Source: Candidatus Hydrothermarchaeota archaeon (GTDB lineage: Archaea; Hydrothermarchaeota; Hydrothermarchaeia; Hydrothermarchaeales; BMS3B). Taken from it: 61,188 bases of DNA. Shown here one piece after another: positions 30,158-37,223 of this stretch; position 1 is the stretch's first letter, and every line of letters starts with the position of its first letter. The translations under genes were made by a program, and so were the position numbers. The stretch spans positions 1-61,188 of the forward strand of contig WANW01000096.1 of the NCBI GenBank assembly GCA_015521615.1, read 5' to 3'. Under the pieces are notes generated by a model, which saw only the letters and a program-made list of their open reading frames with translations, had not been told where the DNA came from and made no database searches.

Positions 30158-30858
30158 GGCTCCACCAGGCGCTTTAAGTGTCTCACCCTCTCAGCCACAA
30201 TCCTCCCGTGTTCTCTGTCGCCGGAGGAGCAGGCTGCTCCCCTTACGCCCACTATATCCGTGCCAGTCTCCCTGAGCTTTTCTATATCTTCTGCTGAGAG
30301 GCTTCCTGCTAGGGCGCAGATCAGCCCGCTGGAGTGAGAACGCTCAACAAAGCTGGCAAGCTCCTGTACGCCGAGGTATGTGAGCAGCCCGCCTCTGCCT
30401 TTGACTGCGGTATCTATCATAACACCATCCGCATCAGCGCGGAGAGCCACGTCAATGAGGGAAAAGGGGGAGATTGCACCTATAAGCGAGTAGTCAGCAT
30501 AGCCAGCGAGCACCACTTTCGCATCGAAGCTACGGGCAGCACCAACAATCGCTTCAGCTATGCTGAGCGCCTGCTCCTCAGTTTTTATGTCGTAAAACCC
30601 TGCTTTGATATAATCAACACCCAGCGAGGCGAGGCCATACGCAGCCAGGCTTGCGGTGCCAGGCTTAAAGTCAAGGTCCCCCAGTGTGGCGCTGGTCTCA
30701 ACGCTCGAAGGCAGGGCCTCGAGCACGCGGCGAATAACCCAGGGGAAGCTCGCCCCGAGGGAGCCCTCAGCGGGGTTCTTGACGTCTATAATATCTGCTC
30801 CGCCCTTCACAGCCTCCCTGGCCTCGTCTGCATCAACCGGGCTTACAAGCAGCTTCAT
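30154..30858 (-). CDS. mfnB: (5-formylfuran-3-yl)methyl phosphate synthase (methanofuran biosynthesis)
   Basis: The N-terminus MKLLVSPVDADEAREAVKGGADIIDVKNPAEGSLGASFPWVI closely matches the MJ1099/MfnB family N-terminus as recalled. Confidence 0.75.
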   Translation of the reverse strand: MKLLVSPVDADEAREAVKGGADIIDVKNPAEGSLGASFPWVIRRVLEALPSSVETSATLGDLDFKPGTASLAAYGLASLGVDYIKAGFYDIKTEEQALSIAEAIVGAARSFDAKVVLAGYADYSLIGAISPFSLIDVALRADADGVMIDTAVKGRGGLLTYLGVQELASFVERSHSSGLICALAGSLSAEDIEKLRETGTDIVGVRGAACSSGDREHGRIVAERVRHLKRLVEP

Positions 30859-30933
30859 CGCCTTCTACTTCTCCTGGGCAAATAAAAAATTACCGGCGCA
30901 GATGTTAAATGGAAGCGAGGTGGAGTATTATCC

Positions 30934-33396
30934 ATGAGGTGCCCCTCCTGCGGTGAGGAGATACTTGTGATGCGCTGGGGAGAGGAGTACGGCGTCGTGT
31001 GCCTGAGGTGCAGGATTAGAACAAGGGTGCGCGCCGGGAGCGAGGAGGAGGCGTACAGGAAATTTGTGGACTCCTACAGGAGGGGCGAGGCCGGAGTTCC
31101 GCCGCAGGTCAGGCGTGAGATTGAGCGTGAGGGGGTGAGCTTTGAGGAGCTCCCTCCCGTGCTTCAGCGCATCCTCAGGCTGCGCGGCATTAAGCTTGCC
31201 AGATACAGGCTGCTTCGCGGGGCAGGGTTAGAGCCTGGAAGGCGCATTGAGGAGCTCGGTCTAAGGCGGGAGATACTCGCATATCTCAGGTCGAGGGGGA
31301 TACGGAGGCTGTACCGCTTCCAGGAGGAGGCGCTGGAGAAGGTGCTCTCTGGAAAGAACGTGGTTATCTCTGCCCCAACGGCGAGCGGCAAGACAGAAGC
31401 ATTTACCCTGCCGGTGGTGCAGAGGATTCTCGAGGAGGGGGGAAGGGCGCTCTTCATATATCCCACCAAAGCCCTGGCAAGGGACCAGCTCTCCAAGTTT
31501 AAGGAGGTGGAGGCCGCCACGGGGGTGCGCTTCGCTGTACTGGACGGCGATACCCCACGGGAGGAGAGGCAGAGGATCTACGACTCCCCGCCGGAGGTGG
31601 TTATAACCAACCCCGACATGCTGCACCTCCACATGACCATGCCCTGGAGTGAGTTTCGCTTGCTTCTGCGCGGCGTGCGCTTTGTGGTGCTGGACGAGAT
31701 TCACGAGTACACTGGCGCCTTCGGGACGAGCATCCACTTCATTCTGCGCAGGCTGCGCAGGTTCGCCAGCTTCCAGCTTATCGGTGCGAGCGCAACCCTC
31801 GCCAACCCCCAGGAGTTCGCCTCGCAGCTCTTCGCCCGCGAGGTTGAGGCGGTGGTTGAGCATGGTCGGAGGGGGAAGCTGCACCTGGCGCTGCTCTACC
31901 CCGCGGAGGGCAGCGACACCTCTCTTATCCTGGCCATAATGCGGGAGCTGTATGCGCAGGAGCTTAAGACGCTGGTCTTTGCCAACACCCACAGAAATGC
32001 GGAGGTGCTCCTCAGGCTGGCGAGGAGGAGAGGGATAAAAGCCGAGATCCACCGCGCGGGTCTGACAAAGAGTCACCGCCTGCGTGTGGAGCAGGCCTTC
32101 CGCAGGGGAGCGCTGCGCTGCCTAGTTGCGACGCCCACGCTGGAACTGGGCATAGACATAGGCGACCTGGATGCGGTGGTGACAATGCTGACCAGCTTCT
32201 CGCGGGTGCAGCAGCGCATAGGCAGAGCGGGACGCAAGGGACAGGAGAGCATTGCGCTGGTGGTGCTCCGCAGCAACGACCCGATAAGCTCCTACTACCT
32301 GGAGCACCCGGACGACTACTTCGCAGACGTGGGGGAGGGCTACGTGGAGCCCCGCAACGAGGTGGTGGCACGCTACCAGCTGCTTGCGGCGGCGCTGGAC
32401 ATGCCCATAGCAGAGGAGGAGTTCCCAGAGTTTGAGCCCGTGCTCAGCCAGCTCCTTGCGGAGGGGCTGCTGGTGGAGAGGCGTGGGAGGCTATATCCCG
32501 ACTACAGCAGGGCGAGGCGCGCCCTCGCGGAGTTCAGCCTCCGCGGCGCCGGTGATGAGGTTGTAATTCGGGAGGGCAGGCGCAGGATAGGCACGCGGAG
32601 CATGCCCATGGCGGCAAGGGAGCTTTTTCCAGGGGCGATATACCTGCACGGCGGCAGGGCGTACATAAGCAGGAGCTTCCACTTCTCTCATGGCAGGGGC
32701 GTAGCACAGGTGGAGCGCTATAGCGGGGAGGAGAACATTAAAACCGAGGCGCTGCGCTTCTCCATGCCGGAGGTGGTGGAGGTGCTCGAGAGGCGCAGCG
32801 CTCTTGGCGCCGAGCTGGTGTATGCGAAGCTGCGCATCACAGAGGTGGTGCACGGCTACGTGGTCAAGGACATCTTCTCAGAGAGGAGGCTGGCGCAGGA
32901 GGAGCTTCCAGAGCCGATAGAGTACACCTTCACCACCTATGGTGTTGCCTTTCGTGCACCGGAGCCGGAGCCCATACCCGAGCCGAAGAGCGTCACGCTG
33001 AGCCACGAGGAGCTCCTCGCGGGCAGCTTCCACGCACTGGAGCACGTGCTCATCGAGGGGAACAACATGCTCCTCGGAGGTGGAGCGGGAGAGCTCGGAG
33101 GAATAGCCATGGGAGGTTCGGGGGTTATATTCATCTACGACGGCTCTCCGGGAGGCAATGGTCTTGCCAAGCTGCTCTTCGCCCGCTTTGAGGCGGGGGT
33201 AAAGCGCGCCAGGGAGATTCTCAGGCTCTGCCCCTGCCAGCGCGACGACGGCTGTCCGAGATGCACCTACTCCTATCAGTGCGGGAACAACAACCGCATG
33301 CTCTTCAAAGCCGGTGCACTGGCTGCAGCTGAGGCGATGCTGAGCGGAAGGGCTCGCGAAATAGGTGAGTATGAGGGCGAGAGACCGTACGTTTAG
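30934..33396 (+). CDS. DExH-box helicase with an N-terminal zinc ribbon and a C-terminal DUF1998 (MrfA/YprA-type 4-Cys) domain
   Basis: The zinc ribbon is CPSCG...CLRC. Walker A is APTASGKT and motif II is VLDEIHEY. The RecA2 motifs ATPTLELGIDIG and QRIGRAGR are present. The C-terminus reads CPCQRDDGCPRCTYSYQCGNNN. Confidence 0.8.
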   Translation: MRCPSCGEEILVMRWGEEYGVVCLRCRIRTRVRAGSEEEAYRKFVDSYRRGEAGVPPQVRREIEREGVSFEELPPVLQRILRLRGIKLARYRLLRGAGLEPGRRIEELGLRREILAYLRSRGIRRLYRFQEEALEKVLSGKNVVISAPTASGKTEAFTLPVVQRILEEGGRALFIYPTKALARDQLSKFKEVEAATGVRFAVLDGDTPREERQRIYDSPPEVVITNPDMLHLHMTMPWSEFRLLLRGVRFVVLDEIHEYTGAFGTSIHFILRRLRRFASFQLIGASATLANPQEFASQLFAREVEAVVEHGRRGKLHLALLYPAEGSDTSLILAIMRELYAQELKTLVFANTHRNAEVLLRLARRRGIKAEIHRAGLTKSHRLRVEQAFRRGALRCLVATPTLELGIDIGDLDAVVTMLTSFSRVQQRIGRAGRKGQESIALVVLRSNDPISSYYLEHPDDYFADVGEGYVEPRNEVVARYQLLAAALDMPIAEEEFPEFEPVLSQLLAEGLLVERRGRLYPDYSRARRALAEFSLRGAGDEVVIREGRRRIGTRSMPMAARELFPGAIYLHGGRAYISRSFHFSHGRGVAQVERYSGEENIKTEALRFSMPEVVEVLERRSALGAELVYAKLRITEVVHGYVVKDIFSERRLAQEELPEPIEYTFTTYGVAFRAPEPEPIPEPKSVTLSHEELLAGSFHALEHVLIEGNNMLLGGGAGELGGIAMGGSGVIFIYDGSPGGNGLAKLLFARFEAGVKRAREILRLCPCQRDDGCPRCTYSYQCGNNNRMLFKAGALAAAEAMLSGRAREIGEYEGERPYV

Positions 33397-33444
33397 CAAA
33401 AGATTTTTACCTACCCGCAGACAAAGGAGCAGAAGGTGTGGAAA

Positions 33445-34146
33445 ATGAAGCTGCTGTACGCTGGCAAGGCAAAGAGCCTTTACGAGCTGGACGAAGGACG
33501 CGTGCTCATGGAGTTCCGGGACGACCTCACCGCAGGCGACGGCGCGAAGAGGGCGACTAAGGCCGGCAAGGGGGCGCTTAACGCCGAGATTTCGGCAAAG
33601 TTCATGGAACTGCTCAGGAAGAAGGGGATACCCACCCACTACCTGGGCTTTGAGCCGCCAAACAGGCATGTGGTAAAGCGCGTTAAAATAGTGCCCCTGG
33701 AGGTAATAGTGCGCAATATAGCGACGGGTAGCCTGGTGAGGCGCTATCCCTTCAAGGAGGGCACGGAGCTTTCGCCGCCCATTGTGGAGTTCTGTCTCAA
33801 GAGCGACGAGTACCACGACCCGATGGTAAACGAGGACATAGCCCTCGCCCTTGGTGCGGTATCCTCGCGGGAGGAGCTTTCAAGGATGCGTGAGATTGCG
33901 CTCAGGGTAAACGAGGTGCTCCGCGAATTTCTTCTTAAAAAGGGAATAATCCTAGTAGACTTCAAGCTGGAGTTCGGTTACGACGATGAGGGCAACCTGG
34001 TGGTGGCGGACGAAATCTCACCCGACACCTGTCGTTTCTGGGACGCAGAAACCAGGGAGGTTATGGATAAGGATCGCTTCCGTCGCGATATGGGCGACGT
34101 ACTAAAATACTACGAGGAGGTAAAACGGAGAATCTCAGAAAATTAG
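33445..34146 (+). CDS. purC: phosphoribosylaminoimidazole-succinocarboxamide synthase
   Basis: The sequence MKLLYAGKAKSLYE...LEVIVRNIATGS...DEISPDTCRFWD is a SAICAR synthase signature. ATG 33445 follows AAGGTG. Confidence 0.9.
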   Translation: MKLLYAGKAKSLYELDEGRVLMEFRDDLTAGDGAKRATKAGKGALNAEISAKFMELLRKKGIPTHYLGFEPPNRHVVKRVKIVPLEVIVRNIATGSLVRRYPFKEGTELSPPIVEFCLKSDEYHDPMVNEDIALALGAVSSREELSRMREIALRVNEVLREFLLKKGIILVDFKLEFGYDDEGNLVVADEISPDTCRFWDAETREVMDKDRFRRDMGDVLKYYEEVKRRISEN

Positions 34147-34149
34147 AAA

Positions 34150-34361
34150 CCGGATTTGAGGTCAAGCGGTTATACCTTAAGGCACGCCTCAAAGACCTGT
34201 CCTTTTTACGGGACAGATCTCTTTAGCATTGCCTCTCAGGTATACAGCCCGGCGAACAGGTTGCTGTCCTGCACCTTCACTCCCTTCCCAGGTTTCCCCG
34301 GGAGAGAGTGTCGGGCAAGGACGAGCGCCCTGCCGAACTGCCCGCTTGATTTCCTCTCCGG
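34150..34361. ncRNA. candidate structured RNA in a convergent intergenic spacer (identity unknown)
   Basis: A possible closing helix pairs CCGGA..GAGG (34150-34161) with CCTC-TCCGG (34353-34361). A 14-bp hairpin at 34278-34310 has a GAAA tetraloop if read on the minus strand. Further hairpins are CTGTCC-N7-GGACAG (34197-34216) and one at about 34311-34336. No ORF with a start/SD is present. Confidence 0.3.
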
Positions 34362-34429
34362 TAGAATATGATATTATATTAATAACATAAATAGTTTTCG
34401 GTGGATTACCGTGGGTAATTTAAGGCCAT

Positions 34430-34711
34430 TTAACCTGGAAGCAGCAGGAAGTTCTGGCCCTCCTCCAGCTTCACCTTTCTGAAAAAATCGCAGTTCATGC
34501 AGGACATTCGCTTTTCAGCAAAGGTTCCCTGCACCTCGCCGTTGCAGAAGGTGCCACTTACTGCCCAGCAAATCCTTCCACCATTTTTGCCACCGTTTAA
34601 CCCATCGCTTGAAGAGTCCACAGTTGCAGGGCATACACCAAGTTCCTCAACCTTCGCTCCTCCCGGTTGCCTGCCACAATTCTTAAATTCCCAGCAATTT
34701 AATTTTGCCAT
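34430..34711 (-). CDS. two-CW domain protein (stand-alone, Cys-rich)
   Basis: The sequence reads MAKLNCWEFKNCGRQPGGAKVEELGVCPA...NGGKNGGRICWAVSGTFCNGEVQGTF...CMNCDFFRK. It has two CW dipeptides and 7 Cys, matching my recollection of the two-CW domain family. Confidence 0.7.
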   Translation of the reverse strand: MAKLNCWEFKNCGRQPGGAKVEELGVCPATVDSSSDGLNGGKNGGRICWAVSGTFCNGEVQGTFAEKRMSCMNCDFFRKVKLEEGQNFLLLPG

Positions 34712-34817
34712 TTTTTACCCCTCCTTTTAACCTATGCGTTACTTATCTGTAACAGGCTCATGTTTGCTATTTTTTAAATATAAAAATTTTGTTTAATATT
34801 TGGAAAAACGAATTACT

Positions 34818-36821
34818 CTATCTCACTCTGCTGCCCTCTTTAACATCCCTGTCAAGAGTTACCGCCCTCGCTTTGCCATTCGAAACACTGCGCAGGATGA
34901 GAACCTCACTCCTCTCCCCAGCCACCTCGAAGGGCTCAACGTTCGCCAGCACCGCCACCAGCCCGCCTTTGAGCCCCTGCGCATCGGTAAGCTTCGCCAC
35001 CGCCTGCTTCTTAGCGTTGCCCAGGCTCAGGCTGAGCTTCCAGTACCCCCCGCCGAGACTCTCCACCTCCTCAACCCTCGCCACGCGGAAGTCGAAACGA
35101 GAGAAGAAGTCGTAGGTTATCTCGGGCTTGGAGGCGAACATCTCCTCAAACTTTGTAACCCTCGATGTTATGCGGCGCAGCCTCTCTATGTCCTCCTCGC
35201 CCAGCTTGGGGAAAAGCGGCTCTGGCTTTGCTATCTTTGTACCCGGCCTTATACTCTCCCTGCCAATGTCCTCAAGGGTGCCCAGCTCCGTGCCGAGGAG
35301 GCGGGCAACCTCAGCTGCACTCCTGGGCAGGAAGGGGCTCATGAGTATAGCCAGGTCGTAGCACAGGTTGGCGCACACGTAGAGCGCAGCCTTTGCCCGC
35401 TCGGGCTCTGCTTTAACCTTCTTCCAGGGCTCCTGTGCCTGGAAGTAGGCGTTGCCTGTATCCGAGAGCTCAAGCACCTTGCGCAGGCCGTCTCTTAGCC
35501 TGACGTCCCACATGAGGGAGCGGTACTCCTGCGCAATCCGCTTGCTCTCCTCCAGAGTGCGCCTGTCCTTCTCGCCAAGCTCAGCCTCCGGCACCTCCCC
35601 GGAAAAGTAGCGGTGGATGAAGCTCAGCGTACGATAGATGAAGTTGCCCAGGTTGCCAACCAGCTCGCGATTAACGCGCTCCTGGAACTCCCTCCACTTC
35701 CACTCGGTGTCGCTGGTCTCCGGGATTATCAGTGTAAGGTAGAAGCGCCAAACGTCGCTGCTGAGCTGCGCCTTCGGCAGGTTCTCGCAGAATATCCCCC
35801 AGCCTCTTGACTTTGAAATCTTGTCCCCCTCGTAGTTCAGGTACTGCAGCCCAGCCACGCGGTAGGGTAAAGCGTACTCGCCGTTCGCGAGCAGCATGCC
35901 CGGCCAGAAGATGGTGTGGAAGGGTATGTTGTCCTTGCCTATAAAGTGGAATATCTTTGCCTCGCCCTTCCAGTATGGCTTCCAGGCGTGAGGCTCGCCT
36001 TTAAGCTCAGCCCACTCCTTTGTGGAGGAGATGTAGCCGATTGGTGCGTCGAACCAGACGTAGAACACCTTGTCCTCGTAGCCTTCCAGAGGTACCTTAA
36101 CCCCCCACTCTAAATCGCGGGTGATGCATCTTGGCTTCAAACCTTCCTTAATCCAGCCCATCGCCATGTTGTAAACCTGTGGGCTCCACACTCCGCGTCT
36201 GGACTCTATCCACTCCTTGAGCTTCGGCTCAAGCTTGTCAAGGTTCAGAAAGAGATGCTTCGTCTCTTTGAACACAGGTTTATTGCCGCAGAGCACACAG
36301 CGCGGCTCCACGAGTTCATCCGGGTTGAGAAGCGTGGAGCAGCGCTCGCACTGGTCCCCCCTCGCTGACTCGTAGCCGCAGCTGGGGCAGGTGCCTTCGA
36401 CATAGCGGTCAGGGAGAAAGCGACGGTCGTGCTCGCAGTAGGGTAAAAGAAGCACCCCCTCGGTTACATAGCCGTTCTCGTATATCTTCATAAAGAACTC
36501 CTTCGTTGTACGGTGATGTATCTCCCGCGAAGTTCGGGAGAAGTTGTCGTAGCTTATGTCCAGCCAGTCATATATTTCCTTGTGTACCCTGTAGTACTTA
36601 TCCGTCAGCTCTTTTGGCGAGACCCCGAGCTTTCGTGCGGCAACCTCTATGGGCGTGCCGTGCTCGTCGCTCCCGCCTATGAAAACCGTTTCGTAGCCAG
36701 CTAGGCGGCAAAAGCGAGCGAATATGTCCGCAGGCAGATGCGAGCCCGCGATATTGCCTATGTGGGGCACATTGTTCACATAGGGCAATGCGCAGGTGAC
36801 GAGAACTTTTTCTGCTATGAT
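34818..36821 (-). CDS. metG: methionine--tRNA ligase with a divergent C-terminal tRNA-binding domain (start codon uncertain)
   Basis: The sequence shows ALPYVNNVPHIGN (HIGH), a Zn knuckle CPSCG...CERC, KISKS (KMSKS), and a C-terminal OB-type domain. The only in-frame upstream start is TTG 36884. A strong AGGAGGT lies 3-6 nt before ATC 36821 / ATA 36818. Confidence 0.85.
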   Translation of the reverse strand: MIAEKVLVTCALPYVNNVPHIGNIAGSHLPADIFARFCRLAGYETVFIGGSDEHGTPIEVAARKLGVSPKELTDKYYRVHKEIYDWLDISYDNFSRTSREIHHRTTKEFFMKIYENGYVTEGVLLLPYCEHDRRFLPDRYVEGTCPSCGYESARGDQCERCSTLLNPDELVEPRCVLCGNKPVFKETKHLFLNLDKLEPKLKEWIESRRGVWSPQVYNMAMGWIKEGLKPRCITRDLEWGVKVPLEGYEDKVFYVWFDAPIGYISSTKEWAELKGEPHAWKPYWKGEAKIFHFIGKDNIPFHTIFWPGMLLANGEYALPYRVAGLQYLNYEGDKISKSRGWGIFCENLPKAQLSSDVWRFYLTLIIPETSDTEWKWREFQERVNRELVGNLGNFIYRTLSFIHRYFSGEVPEAELGEKDRRTLEESKRIAQEYRSLMWDVRLRDGLRKVLELSDTGNAYFQAQEPWKKVKAEPERAKAALYVCANLCYDLAILMSPFLPRSAAEVARLLGTELGTLEDIGRESIRPGTKIAKPEPLFPKLGEEDIERLRRITSRVTKFEEMFASKPEITYDFFSRFDFRVARVEEVESLGGGYWKLSLSLGNAKKQAVAKLTDAQGLKGGLVAVLANVEPFEVAGERSEVLILRSVSNGKARAVTLDRDVKEGSRVR

Positions 36822-36899
36822 TAAACCTCCTGAAGGAGATGTTCTGGGGTTCCTATCCCGGCAAGAATATTTATAGGTTAACAATATAAGATTTCTTGC

Positions 36900-37223
36900 A
36901 TGGGAGGCGAGAAGGTTACCCTTGAAGACTTTGAGAAGCTGGACCTGCGTGTCGGCGTGGTGAAGGAGGCGGAGGAGATTAAGGGCTCCGAGAAGCTGCT
37001 CAAGCTACTCGTTGACATAGGTGAGGAGAGGCAGCTTGTGGCTGGAATAAAGAAGTGGTACTCCTGCGAGGATCTGGTGGGGAAGCGCATAGTGGTGCTG
37101 GCAAATTTAAAGCCGGCAAAGCTTTTCGGTGTTCTCAGCCAGGGTATGCTCCTGGCGGCGCAGGACGAGAACACTGTGGCGTTGCTGGTGGCGGAAGGTG
37201 AACCCGGCGCGAGGGTGCGCTGA
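36900..37223 (+). CDS. stand-alone tRNA-binding domain protein (Trbp111/CsaA / MetRS C-terminal-domain type)
   Basis: The 107-aa sequence contains [44 protein letters not shown]...[23 protein letters not shown]. It closely resembles the canonical C-terminal domain of archaeal MetRS. Confidence 0.8.
   Translation: MGGEKVTLEDFEKLDLRVGVVKEAEEIKGSEKLLKLLVDIGEERQLVAGIKKWYSCEDLVGKRIVVLANLKPAKLFGVLSQGMLLAAQDENTVALLVAEGEPGARVR

Noticed and set aside
31164-33816. Several long antisense or alternate-frame ORFs (for example 31261..32076, 32012..32371, 32878..33816) across the helicase and purC region
   Set aside because: They are Arg/Pro/Gly/Leu-rich products typical of stop-poor alternative frames in GC-rich DNA. 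They overlap a helicase gene with complete motif sets, and they have no SD or family resemblance.
34150-34361. Identity of the structured spacer as SRP (7S) RNA or RNase P RNA
   Set aside because: The GNRA-capped hairpin first suggested SRP helix 8. However, the conserved GGAA-loop/AGCA internal-loop context is absent, as is the RNase P GAGGAAAGUCC motif. At about 210 nt the region is also too short. I left it as an unclassified candidate.
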